A DNA stretch of 64,000 bases from Octopus sinensis (GCF_006345805.1 NC_043020.1:5022001-5086000); one strand, 5' to 3'; positions 11,417 through 24,535 are shown, numbered from the stretch's first letter. The notes: generated by a model from the sequence alone, not told the origin. Program-made: numbers and translations.

Positions 11417-12349
11417 TTCTTTCTATTCTATCACTACCAGCAATGACAGAATTTCTCAAAAGGTTGTAGATTCTGGGTATCTGAAAGATAACCAAAACAA
11501 ATAAATAAATATTGTGAAAAGGGTGGGGAATGAATAGAAGATTGGCCCAGTGGTGAGGATACATAATTCAACGCATACATAAAAAACATACTATAAAAAA
11601 AATTTGAAAATTTATGATTTTTTTTAGCCCCACTCCCTTCCCCCACTTGTTTCTTTACTCTTTACTTGTTTCAGTCATTTGACTGTGGCCATGCTGGAGC
11701 ACCACCTTTAGTCGAGCAAATCAACCCCCAGGACTTATACTTGTAAGCCTAGTACTTATTCTATCAGTCTCTTTTGCTGAACCGCTAAGTTACGGGGACG
11801 CAAACACACCAGCATCGGTTGTCAAACGATGTTGGGGGGACAAACACTGACACACAAACATACTCACACATATATATACATATATACACGACAAGCTTCT
11901 TTCAGTTTCCGTCTACCAAAACCACTCACAAGGTTTTGGTCGGCCCGAGGCTATAGTAGAAGACACTTGCCCAAGGTGCCACACAGTGGACTGAACCCGG
12001 AACCATGAGGTTGGTGAGCAAGCTACTTACCACACAGCCACTACTACTCCTAATATAATTCTAAAATATTGAAGAGCTTGATTAGGTATATCCAGAGTGT
12101 TTTTAAAAAGAGGTAAGTAACACATGATTTATTTTGATAACAATTTTCTGTTAGAAAATGTTTTTTTCTTACAAATACAAGGACTCATTTGGTTGGAAGT
12201 GAGAGTAAAAATTTAAATTACCATTTAAATGCATGTGTTACTTTGGCATCATCATTCCATAAAATGTGTTCATGGGAAGAAAACTAGACAAGATGTCCTT
12301 TTGTACACCCCCAATAACACCCCTTTTCTTTTTTATTTAATTTCTTTTT

Positions 12350-12810
12350 TCTACACAAACCCCCATTTTCGACTAGGGAGAATACGAATCTGCAAAAAAA
12401 TTGGCAAAAATCGGGATTTTGAAATTACACCTCATCCGTTCTTCATTTTTAACTTTTTTCAGAAAGAAATGTTTTTTTTTTCTGGAAAAAATTCCCAAAA
12501 ATTTTTGTAAATTTTTATTTCACAAATTTTTGTTTTGTCAAAATATGCAGAAAAATACAGAGATTACGATTCTGAAAAAATTTACAAAAATTTTTCTAAT
12601 TACAGCTAGGGTTAGGGTTTGAGGGTTAGGGTTTTAGAGATAGGGTTGGGGTTTTAGGGATGGGTTAGGGTTGGGTTTTAGAGTTAGGGTGATGGAAAAA
12701 AGTGAAATATGAAGAAATTGAGGAGAAGGGGTGGGGGCAAAAAATTTCAAAATTCCGATTTTTGCAATTTTCTGGAATCTCCCTATCCAAAAACATGGGG
12801 TTTTGACATA
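12350..12810. mobile_element. Decayed inverted-repeat element with central telomere-like TTAGGG tract
   Basis: 12356-12427 is similar to the reverse complement of 12741-12805; degenerate (TTAGGG/TTGGGG)n at 12605-12690. Confidence 0.55.
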
Positions 12811-12989
12811 AAAAATTTTTTTAAAGAATAATTTGCGAGGAAATTGTGTGGGGGAGAGAGGAAGTCTTTCCGAAAGATATTGAAAAACATCAATAGGTGT
12901 GAGAGTGAGAAAGAAACAAGGAGGGAGATCTTGTGATGTGCTAAAACAACAGCCAGATCTCCCTTACATCACACATTTTCCTCTAAAAA

Positions 12990-13102
12990 TAGGCAATCTT
13001 TCGTTTTAACTCGAAATAATGTAAACACTGAATCGGTCATTTCCGTGACCACATGTTGTCTGTCAATTTGGAAGAGAAAGCTAATGGATTGTGCGATCGT
13101 GC

Positions 13103-13135
<33 letters not shown>

Positions 13136-13652
13136 TTCCTGTGTGTTATTTCAACATTCCACAACAAATACAAAAAAAAAAAAAACAGAACAGACACACA
13201 TATAGGCGCAGGAGTGGCTGTGTGGTAAGTAGCTTGCTTACCAACCACATGGTTCCGGGTTCAGTCCCACTGCGTGACATCTTGGTCAAGTGTCTTCTAC
13301 TATAGCCTCGGGCCAACCAAAGCCTTGTGAGTGGATTTGGTAGACGGAAACTGAAAGAAAGCCGTAGTATATATGTATATATGTGTGTGTGTGTGTGTCT
13401 GTGTTTGTCCCCCTAGCATTGCTTGACAACCGATGCTGGTGTGTTTACGTCCCCGTAACTTAGCGGTTCGGCAAAAGAGACCGATAGAATAAGTACTAGG
13501 CTTACAAAGAATAAGTCCTGGGGGTCGATTTCTTCGACTAAAGGCGGTGCTCCAGCATGGCCGCAGTCAAATGACTGAAACAAGTAAAGAGTAAAGAGTA
13601 TATACACAGAACAAGCAAGCGCTCGCACACACACACTACACAGAGGAACAAG

Positions 13653-13684
<32 letters not shown>

Positions 13685-13797
13685 GGAACAAGCACGCACA
13701 ACCCATTTAGCTTTCTATTCCAAATTGACAAGACATGTGGTCACGGAAATGACCGATTCAGTGATTACATTATTTCGAGTTAAAACAAAGGATCGCC
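12990..13797. mobile_element. Long-TIR (~110 bp) non-autonomous element carrying a nested SINE A
   Basis: 12991-13105 is the reverse complement of about 13695-13797 (cgttttaactcgaaataatgtaa.cactgaatcggtcatttccgtgaccacatg...); SINE A at 13204-13600 inside. Confidence 0.75.
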
Positions 13798-16314
13798 AAT
13801 TGCCCCAATTTCCAACTTATGTGGGCCGTCTGATCCGAAATTCCTTCCCCCTTCTCGATCCTTTACAAAAAGTATAGCCTTTCCCCTGAAAGTTATGGAG
13901 CGGAAAAAAAGTCAGATCGTGTGAAATTTTCCGATATTCCTCTCACTGAACCTTGAAAAAAGTTTTAGTTTTTGAAACAAACCTGTGAATACACTCAATC
14001 TACAGGATCTAAGAGATATCTGTTGCAAATATATATTTTAAATATATATTTCATTATACACACGGGGGGACGGACGTAGTGTGTATGTTATTTATTTAAC
14101 ACACAAAAAACACAAAGTAAAGATCGACTAATTATGATTAGCTTGCGCGGATGCGTGAGTGCGCGCACCGTGACCATTGTTCTCAAGTAGCACCGGCTGT
14201 GTAATTAAATATTATTAGGAATTGTATTTTTAAAAAAATTGCTAGAAGATCGCCGAATATTTTGTGTATTATAGAAGTATAATTCTTATGCACAAATCTT
14301 AATAGCAAGGGTTTTACATGGGACCCTGTTGGGAACCGATGCCGGATAAACATGTTAGCCTACAGGAAATAAAAAAGATAGCCTACGATGTGGTCGCCTT
14401 ACACTTAAACTCTCATTTTTCAAAGGATCGCTAAAAGTAGCAGTTATAAACTGCAAATATAAATAACCTTTAACATTACCCAATCTGCAAAACTTCCTGA
14501 TTCACGATTCGGCGAAAGACGGGTTTAAATTTTCCACTGCAGTTACTTTCATATTTTTCTTTTACAAAAGAGTTATAGTAATTATCCAATCAACTAAAGG
14601 CAAAAGGACCGAAGATTGCGTAGGTGGGTGGGGAGGGGGGTATAGTCAATTACAGCGATGCCATCGATGGCAGAAACGTTAGCACGCCGGGCGAAATGCT
14701 TAGCGGTATTTCGTCTGCCGTTACGTAGTGAGTTCAAATTCCGCCGAGGTCGACTTTGCCTTTCATCCTTTCAGGGTCGATAAATTAAGTACCAGTTACG
14801 CACTGGGGTCGATGTAATCCACTTAATACCTATGTATGTCCTTGTTTGTCCCCTCTGTGTTTAGCCCCTTGTGGGTAGTAAAGAAATAGGTATTTCGTCT
14901 ACCGTTACGTTGTGGGTTCAAATTCCGCCGAGGTCGACTTTGCTTTTCATCCTTTTGGGGTCGATAAATTAAGTACCAGTTACGCACTGGGGTCGATGTA
15001 ATCGACTTAATACCTATGTCTGTCCTTGTTTGTCCCCTCTGTGTTTAGCCCCTTGTCGGTAATAAAGAAATAGAAATAGGTATTTCGTCTGCCGTTACGT
15101 TCTGAGTTCAAATTCCGCCGAGGTCGCCCACAAGGGGCTCAACACAGAGAGGTCAAACGGATTAAGTCGATTATATCGGCATCAGTGCGTAACTGGTTAT
15201 TAATTTATCGATCCCGAAAGAATGAAAGGCAAAGTCGACCTCGGCGGAAATTGAACTCAGAACGTAGCGGCAGACGAAATACCTATTTCTTTACTACCCA
15301 CAAGGGGCTAAACAAAGAGGACAAACAAGGACAGACAAAGGGATTAAGTCGATTATATCGACCCCAGTGCGTTACTGGTACTTATTTAATCGACCCCGAA
15401 AGGGTGAAAGACAAAGTCGACCTCGGCGGAATTTGAACTCAGAACGTAGCGGCAGACGAAATACCGGATCTTTTCACTTTCGTAGCCTTATTTGCGGTGT
15501 TGAAGGCAGAATTCCGCCCATTAATCGTATATTCTTTGCATTTAATTGATACCAGGTATTCTCTGGGGGATATTTTGCTGCTATAACCAGCAAAGCAAAC
15601 GACCCCCTAAAGTCCGCCACGTGACCCGACTCTCTTCGAAACCGGAAGCGTTTGAAGCAGTAAATTTTAAAGAGAAAACGGAGAAAAATTTTTTTAAAGC
15701 TATAGACTAAGGGAGATAACTTATATAAAAAGCTTTATCAGAGTTGTCTCCCATGTATTGTCAACGTTGTGTAAACGTTTAGATATTTTCCTCTTATTTC
15801 TAGCGGTGTTTTGCACTGTTTTAGGAATACGGTTTCTTCATATTTGAATGCTTTTCATAATTTCGTTATCATGGCTTCGTTTGCTACTCCACCACATACA
15901 CACACTCGAATACAGTCGCACACACACACATATAAACAAACTGGGCATCTATTTAATATAATGAGACACGGTAGTGTCTTTGGCTGCTATATCTAGCAAA
16001 ATAAACAATCTCACAAAGGCTTCCACGTTGCTGGAATCTTACCTCAAAAGAAGCATTTCAAAGGTGCAGGAGTGGCTGTGTGGTAAGTAGCTTGCTTACC
16101 AACCACATGGTTCCGGGTTCAGTCCCACTGCGTGGCACCTTGGGCAAGTGTCTTCTACTATAGCCTCGGGCCGACCAAAGCCTTGTGAGTGGATTTGGTA
16201 GACGAAACTGAAAAAGCCTGTCGTATATATATATATGTATGTGTGTGTATATGTTGTGTGTTTCTGTTTGTCCCCTAACATCACTTGACAACCGATGCTG
16301 GTGTGTTTACCCAA

Positions 16315-16545
16315 TGTTCGAAGGTCATGCTTGATCACTTCATCCCATGTCTTCCTGGGTCTACCTCTCTCCTGGATACCTTCAACTGTTCGGGAGTGGC
16401 ACTTCTTCACACATCTCTCCTCATCCATCCGCAGTATATGACCAAACCAGTGCAAACGTCTCTCTTGCACACCATATCCAATGCTTCTTATGTCCAGCAT
16501 TTCTCTCAGGGCGCTTACACTGTCATGCATGGACACTGACATTAC
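16315..16545 (-). mobile_element. RTE LINE fragment inserted into a SINE A
   Basis: VQERRLHWFGHILRMDEERCVKKC...RGRPRKTWDEVIKHDL; SINE A halves at 16067-16315 and 16550-16675. Confidence 0.85.
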
Positions 16546-17084
16546 ACATCCAGAGACCGGTAGAATAAGTACTAGGCTTACAAAGAATAAGTCCTGGGGT
16601 CAATCTGCTCGACTGAAAGCGGTGCTCCAGCATGACCGCAGTCAAATGACTGAAACAAGCAAAAGAAAGAAAGAAATTTCTTCTTTTTTTCCCCCCAATC
16701 ATAGCACGTATGACTGCATGGTTTTCTGTGTCTGTTGCTGCAAAAGGTTCCTCGTAATGAAAGGCATGAATAAATAAAAAATTAAGGGAAAGTATGGCGG
16801 CAATTAAGTCTCAATACAATAAACAATTCAACTATGTCACTGGTTTGGTTTTCAGGCGGCGAGCTGGCAGAAACGTTAGCACACCGGGCGAAATACGTAG
16901 CCGTATTTCGTCTGCCGTTACGTTCTGAGTTCAAATTCCGCCGAGGTCGACTTTGCCTTTAATCCTTTCGGGATCGATAAATTAAGTACCAGTTAGGCAC
17001 TGGGGTCGATGTAATCGACTTAATCCGCTTGTCTGTCCTCTCTGTGTTTAGCCCTTGTGGGCAATAAAGAAATAGGTATTTCGT

Positions 17085-18320
17085 CTGTCTTTACGTTCTG
17101 AGTTCAAATTCCGCCGAGGTCGACTTTGCCTTTCATCCTTTCGGGGTCGATAAATTAAGTACCAGTTACGCACTGGGGTCGATATAATCGACTTAATCCG
17201 TTGGTCTGTCCTTGTTTGTCCCCTCTGTGTCAAGCCCCTTGTGGGCAGTAAAGAAATAGGTTAGGGTATTGCACTCGAGAATGTGTGATTGTGGTGTTTC
17301 AAATCCTAGGGGGGTGGTCTGGTGTGTTCTCGAGCAAGGCACATCATCTGACGTTGTTCTCCGATCACATCGACACCTGACGTGTGGGGCACAGTGCGCT
17401 GGTTGAGGGCAAGGTCGATTCGAAGGAGGCAGAGTGAGCTAATGTACAGCGGCACGACCATGTAATGATTGAAAACAAATCATTCGTGCAGGATGTGAAG
17501 CAAAGAAACACACACACACACACACGCGCATACACACTCAGATATATGCACACACACACACTGAGACGCACGCACACACACAAACACACATAGACACACA
17601 CAGACACACACACCACACAACACACACAACACACACAAACACACACACAAACACATACACACAGACACACACACACACCACACATACACACAGACACAAA
17701 ACACACAACATACACCACACACACACACCACGCGCGCATACACACAGATATGTGTGTTTGTGTGTGTATGTGTGTGTGTTTGTGTGTCTGTGTGTATGTG
17801 TGTGTGTGTGTGTGTCTGTGTGTATGTGTGTGTGCGTGCGTCTCAGTGTGTGTGTGTGCATATATCTGTGTGTGTATGCGCGTGTGTGTGTGGTGTGGTT
17901 TCTTTGCTTCACATCCTGCACGAATGATTTGTTTTCAATGATTAAACGGTCGTGCCGCTGTACATTAGCTCACTCTGCCTCCTTCGAATCGACCTTGCCC
18001 TCAACCAGCGCACTGTGCCCCACACGTCAGGTGTCGATGTGATCGGAGAACAACGTCAGATGATGTGCCTTGCTCGAGAACACACCAACACACCCGCCCT
18101 AGGATTTGAAACCACAATCACACATTCTCGAGTGCAATACCCTAACCTATTTCTTTACTGCCCACAAGGGGCTTGACACAGAGGGGACAAACAAGGACAG
18201 ACCAACGGATTAAGTCGATTATATCGACCTCAGTGCGTAACTGGTACTTAATTTATCGACCCCGAAAGGATGAAAGGCAAAGTCGACCTCGACGGAATTT
18301 GAACTCAGAACGTAAAGACA
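17085..18320. repeat. ~1.2-kb near-perfect inverted duplication
   Basis: 17085-17580 mirrors 17825-18320 (SINE B, a second SINE and flank); the (CA)n tract flips to (TG)n near 17748. Confidence 0.92.
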
Positions 18321-18744
18321 GATATAATCGACTTAATCCGCTTGTCTGTCCTCTCTGTGTTTAGCCCCTTGTGGGCAATAAAGAAATAGGTCTGATTTTC
18401 ACTCATTTATTTTTACTAAAATTTCGTTCCTTCTTTGCAATTCAATAAGCGTTGATTCAGTCCTTTATCGGAACTGCATTGATTTTTTTCTTAACGGACA
18501 GGATCGACTTTTGAAAAGCTGGATGCCCTTCCTAACTTCAACCATCCCGAAAGTATAGTGGGTAGTTTTTATGTGCCAGTCAGGCGGCACTGGCACCAAC
18601 CACACTTGAACGGCGCTCTTTACGTGCCACTGGACATTCTGAATGGTCTTCAGCTGATCTTTTATTGTCCTCTTGCGATCTGTACTCCTGTACTCAACCC
18701 TCATGCTTAAATACATGTCACCTCACCCGATACCAGTTTTTTGT

Positions 18745-19312
18745 GTTTATTCTTTTACTCTATCATTCTGTTATCCTTTTACTCTTTTATTCTGTCATTC
18801 TGTTATTCATTTATTCTATCATTCTGTTATCCTTTTACTCTATTGTTCTATTATTCTTTTACTCTATCATTCTGTTATCCTTTTACTCTATTGTTCAATT
18901 ATTCTTTTACTCTATCATTCTGTTATCCTTTTACTCTATTGTTCAATTATTCTTTTAATCTGTCATTCTGTTATCCTTTTACTCTTTTATTCTATCATTC
19001 TGTTATTCATTTATTCTATCATTCTATTATCCTTTTACTCTATTGTTCTATTATTCTTTTACTCTATCATTCTGTTATCCTTTTACTCTATTGTTCAATT
19101 ATTCTTTTAATCTGTCATTCTGTTATCCTTTTACTCTTTTATTCTATCATTCTGTTATTCTTTTACTCTATCATTCTATTATCCTTTTACTCTATCATTC
19201 TGTTATCCTTTTACTCTATTATTCTTTTATTCTAGCATTGTTATCCTTTTACTCTTTTATTCTATCATTCTGTTATCCTTCTACTCTATCGTTCTTTTAT
19301 TCTTTTACTCTA
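18745..19312. repeat. Complex AT-rich minisatellite
   Basis: Recurrent units TTATTCTTTTACTCTATCATTCTGTTATCCTTTTACTCT with variants. Confidence 0.9.
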
Positions 19313-19689
19313 TTAAATACATACCTGCTTGATTGAAACATTTACCAGTTGCCCATCTTTGCTGGGCAGGTATAAACATCCCAGGTTTTTTCTAGTTACA
19401 GTCCAAGCTGGAGTTTTGGCTTGAAGTCAACCAGAGCACCACAACCTGTAAGTTCCTTTTACCTCATGTCACCAGGTGTAATATCACCTGAGTTTTTTAT
19501 GAATGGCCGTGTAATGAAGAAACACATTTTCTTGCTTTGCACACATCAGGATTCCTCACAGTTTCTGTCCAAAGTTCACTCACCCAGAGCTACATTAGAA
19601 GACACTTGCTCAAGGTGCTGCACAGTGGGTTTGAACTTGAAATCACAACGTTGCAAAGCAAGCTCCTTAACAACACAAACACAACTAAG

Positions 19690-20190
19690 GAACCTCTTCT
19701 CCTTATCTCCTCAAAGACATGCAGCATCTCGAAAGAGTCCAGACGCTGGCTACCCGCATGGTTCTTGGTCTCAGGCATTTGTCTTAAGAAGAAAGGCTGA
19801 AAATGCTCGACCTTTATTCTCTAGAAAAACGCCGCCGCCATGGTGATCTCATTCTCGCTCACAACATCATAAGCGGAAAGTGTAACCTCTCGAAAGAGCT
19901 GTTCTTCACTCCTGCTCCAGAGCGTCGGCTGCGGGGTCACTCCGAAAAGCTCTATCTGCGACGATTTCATCTCAATTGAAGGAGAGGGGCTTTCTCCGTC
20001 CGGGTTGCGGATCCGTGGAATAAGCTGCCGGACGAGATAGTGAAGATGCCGACGACCGCTCAGTTCAAAGTCTCCCTTGACCACAAGTGGCCTGAACTCT
20101 TTACATGAACATCACTCTGTACATAACTCCATGTCCCCCTACATGACCTTGCTTTTGCTTTTTGAGCCAAAAAATAACTAACTAACTAAA
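19690..20190 (+). mobile_element. CR1-clade LINE 3' fragment
   Basis: MQHLERVQTLATRMV...EERLKMLDLYSLEKRRRHGDL...LRGHSEKL...FSVRVADPWNKLP; (TAAC)n tail. Confidence 0.88.
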
Positions 20191-20261
20191 ATTCTTTTTT
20201 AATTTTTTAAACCATCAAATAAAAAAAAACTAAAGGAAATTTTTTTCTTTTTTTCTCTCTA

Positions 20262-20700
20262 GTTTCAGCTCAGAGCTGTGGCCATGCTGGTGCACCGCCG
20301 TTTTGCTGCACTGTTTACTAAGAGCCTCCTCTAACAGGTGGCACTTGGTGAAGAATGGAGTTTGATATAGCTACTCTCATTTGCACTCTTGCTATGAGGT
20401 AGGTTCATCTGGGACTCTCGACAGGAAGATGTCCAGCTTTGATTTAAAAACCCCTACATCTATTTTGTGCAAGTTCCTCAGACTCTTTGGGAGAATATTA
20501 AAAAGCTGTGGGCCCTTGAAACCCAGGCTGTTGCAGTAACTGGTCCTGAAGCGTGATGGCATTGCTGGGACCTTTGGCACTATGCAGTGTCGACCCGTGT
20601 GGCATTGGTGTAGCTTTCAATCCCAAAATTTGGCACAATTCCTTCCAGGATCTTCCAGATATATGTTACTGCATATCTTTCCCGGGGTATGCAGAGCTCA
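20262..20700 (-). mobile_element. 3' end of CR1/L2-type LINE, same family as 24565-27295
   Basis: RERYAVTYIWKILEG...SLGFKGPQLFNILPKSLRNLH..FKSKLDIFLSRVPDEPT; tail GGCGGTGCACCAGCATGGCCACAGCTCTGAGCTGAAAC. Confidence 0.88.
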
Positions 20701-20701
20701 G

Positions 20702-21126
20702 GGATCTTTTCGGTTTGAACGGCAGTTTTTTTCTAGCGGTGTCATATGAAATTGTCACCCATAATTATGACCCTAGTATTGATCTATTGCATTTCAATCT
20801 GTTTTAGGGTTAGCGTTAGTTAGGGGTGGGGGGGAAGAGTATCTTTTTTCTTCACAAATGTAAATAAACCCAATTTGTTTCTTAAACGAGGGACATATCC
20901 ATATGGCACACAGAATGTTTTTTTACCTCAATGGACGTCAGTGATTGGTTGAAATTGCAGAAATTGAAGAAAAAAAACAACAAATATCTTACAAACTATA
21001 GAATTTTCTCGATAAAGCCAAGAGAAAAAGTGTTTTATAAACACATTCTACCAGTATATACGAAGTTTAAAATCTTTAGTTACCTAGAAATTATGTTAAA
21101 ACCTTCCGTTCAAACCGAAAAGATCC
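20702..21126. mobile_element. MITE with GG-initiated TIR and 8-bp TSD (Merlin-like)
   Basis: TIR GGATCTTTTCGGTTTGAACGG; TSD GAGCTCAG on both sides. Confidence 0.85.
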
Positions 21127-21509
21127 GAGCTCAGTAAACATGTGTGCAAGGTAATCAAAAAACCACAAAAAACAATAGAAGAAATTTCTTTTATTTGTCA
21201 GAAGGGCAGACAAGGGGGAGACATTGCATGAACAGGTTACAAGAATAAAAGAAGGTGAAAGAAGTAAATTGAAAAAAAAAAATACCAGGCCATCCCATAT
21301 GTAATGTCTGAACTTCTATATTTTCAATTTGTAAATGTTTTAACAGTGTTTTAGAATGTCTAATGGCATCAAGTAACAATTATGTATATTTGAATATATT
21401 TAATCTAATAAATGTCATTTTGCAGGATTATCTTTCAGGTCATCCCATAAGTTCTCTCCGAATTTTGAATAAAGAAAACAAGTGATCAAATGTTATATTT
21501 AATTGAAAT

Positions 21510-22522
21510 TTAATCATCAATGTACTTTCCCTGATTATCTATCACTTCCTTCCATCTATTTACAAGCTTTTTAATCCCATCAATGTAAGACTCTTTTGGT
21601 TTCAAAGCGAAGAACTCTGAAATGTCAGTTTCGACCTCCCCTGGCTTACGAAGTTATGTCCCCAAATGATTCTATAAACTACAAAACAAATGGTAGTCTG
21701 AAGGAGCAATGTCAGGAGAATAAGGTGGATGAGGACTTTTTCCCAACCAAGGTCTCGATCTTCTGTGATGTGATCTTTGCAGTGTGGGGTCACGCATTGT
21801 CCTGATTAAACATCACTCCTTTTCGATTTACTAAAGCAGGTTTTTTTTTCTTCAAAGCTTGGTTCAAACACTCTAATTGCTGACAGTAGACTTGAGCATT
21901 GATTATTGCATTAGGTGGTAACAATTCAAAGTGAATTACTCCTTTGCAATCCCACCAGATAGAGAGAAGAACCTTTTTCCCATGAAATTCCCTTCTCAGT
22001 TGTGGTTGAGCCTTTTCCCTTTTACCAAGCCACTGTTTACGACGTTTAACATTTCGACAGAAGATCCATTTTTCATCACCAGTCACAAGACTATCCAAAA
22101 AGAGTGAAATGAGTTCGCGAGAATGGAGAGAAGAGCAGATGTCAACTCGGGATTTGCAGTTGCTTTCAGACAATTCACAAGGCACCCATTTTCCAATTTA
22201 GGAACCTCCCAAGTTGAAGATGATGCTTTGAACAGTTTATGGTTTGAACTAAGCTTCATTCTTCAATGATAATGCAGGATTTTCTTCAAGTAATGCCTCA
22301 AGGAGCTTATCATCAAACTCAACTGGACGTCCTATTCGATCTCATTCATCTTCAAGGCTGAAATCTCCACTTCTGAATTTTGCAAACCATCTTCTGCAAG
22401 TTCTTTCATTCAAGCATTCTTTCCCATAAACTGAGTGCATATTCGAGTCGCTTCGGCAGCAGAGTTTCTTTTTTGCACTCATAAAGCATTGTGTGCCTCA
22501 AACGCTCTTTGGATACTTCCAT
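21510..22522 (-). mobile_element. Near full-length degenerate mariner (DD34D) transposase
   Basis: MEVSKERLRH; LVTGDEKW; KKVLLSIWWDCKGVIHFELL; QDNA; PYSPDIAPSDYHLF; C-terminal NRWKEVIDNQGKYIDD*; frameshifted. Confidence 0.92.
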
Positions 22523-22559
22523 GTAAGAAAGGGTTTTAATCAAAGAAATTTTAATTTTA

Positions 22560-22611
22560 TTATTCTGTAAAATGATATTTAATATACATACATATGTATA
22601 TATATATATAC

Positions 22612-22663
<52 letters not shown>

Positions 22664-23415
22664 ATATATATATATATATAATATATATATACACATAAGT
22701 ATACATACATAAATATACCCATGTACATATAAACATATACATAATTATGCATATATAAACACATAAATATACCCATGTACATATAAAAACACACACAAAT
22801 ATACACGCATATATAAACACATATGCACATATAAAAACATATGTGTATATAAATATATACACGCATATATAAGTATATATGCGCATATAAATACATATAT
22901 GCCTACATAAATACACACATGCATATACGTACGTACACACATATACATACATACACATACATACACATACATACAAATACATATCTGCATATATACACAA
23001 ATATATACACACACAAATCTACATGTCCATACAATATATATATACATACATCCATACACAAATATACATGCATACACACATACATCTATATACAAATGCA
23101 CATGTATATATAAATACACACATATAAATACACATATATGCACATATATATATATATATATACATACATAAACATATACACATGTATATACATACATATA
23201 AATATATACACATGCACACACATACATACGTAAATACATACACATACATACAAACTTATGTGTATATATATATATATACATATACACACGCATACATACA
23301 CATGCACACATATACACATACACACATATACACGCATACACATACATATGTACATATAATATGCACACATACACATATATATGCACATATATACATATAT
23401 GTGCATACATACATA

Positions 23416-23475
<60 letters not shown>
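22560..23475. repeat. ~0.9-kb compound (TA)/(CA) microsatellite
   Basis: Pure TA/CA/TACA low complexity. Similar tracts at 32180-32685, 34080-34440 and 34790-35330. Confidence 0.95.
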
Positions 23476-23477
<2 letters not shown>

Positions 23478-23529
23478 AGTCTTAGGAGGGAAGGTAATTG
23501 GGGCAGATGAAGGAACGGTGGTGTGGTGG

Positions 23530-24535
23530 GGGGGGTCAATCGGGTGGCCGGGTGGATCTGTAATTTTTGTAGTTTGCATAGATTTTGTGCATACAGTTTG
23601 GGGAGTGTTCCGAGATCTTGTTGAGGAGAGGGCCTTTAGCGAATAAGATCTCCAAGCTCTCAGAAATGCAAAGGTCACAGCAAGTGTGGCCTCCCGTGTA
23701 AGAACGCGCTCTCTGGAGTAGTCTCCACTTGATCTTGAAGGGGATGGAGTTTCTTTTAAGGTGCCAGATATGGGCGGCGAGAGTAGTCGGGTTAGATTTG
23801 TCAGGTCGCCAGAACGAATGTGTGTGGGCGTACCAGCGAGTCTTAAAACTATTTGAGGTCATTCCGATGTACGATTTTCTTTTATCATCGGGGCCTGATC
23901 GTACATCGCATATGTAGACGAGATCTTTCTGTAGGCAGTTGTTGTTGAGGGTCAAGTAGTCTTATCAGGGCAATTGCAGTTGCTGTCGGATGCTGGATGG
24001 GCTTCGGAAAAAGTAGATTTATTAAGTTTTTTGACATTGTTGGCTAGGTTCCTAGCTAGATTGGGTGTGGTGGAGTAGGAGTGTCTAATGGTGTTCTTAT
24101 TAAGGATTGTATAGTACTTATGTTGGGTGGGGAAGTGTTTTTGTAAGAGAGTGAAGAAAATTTTAGCTACAGGTGTTGAAACTTCACGGTTGTACCAGCT
24201 AATGTGTCTTCACCTATTATTCTTGGGTGGGCGTGGGGCTATGCTAATGTAGGTTATCTTATCTCTAAAGCCACTGCGGGCCAGGGCCTCGTTGTAATAG
24301 AGGGCTGCGGCATTAAAGATATCCTCGGTGGAAGAGAGGCTAGATATCCTAATGGAGACACTTTTCACTAAGTTGTCTAATATATTTTTGGGGTGGTTAG
24401 AATTAATGTCTATATATCTAAGGGATTCATTAGGTTTATGGTACGGGTAATAAAGGGAGGTTTCTAAATCGAGGGTAACGTCAAGGAAGTTAGCTTTGGT
24501 TAAGTTCGAATCTAAGGTAATCCTAAAGCCTTAGT
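23530..24535 (-). mobile_element. Penelope-like element, 5'-truncated (RT C-terminus plus GIY-YIG)
   Basis: ANFLDVTLDLETSLYYPYHKPNESLRYIDINSNHP...NCNC; CLQKDLVYICDV...SYIGMTSNSFKTRWYAHTHSF...CDLCISE. Confidence 0.92.

Noticed and set aside
12605-12690. True telomere or chromosome-fusion site
   Set aside because: Short, degenerate, single orientation and enclosed by element arms.
13800-15800. Promoter/first exon of the CARD gene (CpG-containing 14050-14200; CACGTG and CCGGAAG motifs near 15620-15650)
   Set aside because: Plausible location, but the TSS and non-coding exon cannot be fixed from sequence alone.
22560-23539. Long ORFs rich in Y/I/C/V/M/H/T (also 3226-4062, 17365-18042, 27833-28061, 32127-32892, 33942-35441)
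   Set aside because: Translations of TA/CA/GATA microsatellites; no splice or homology support.
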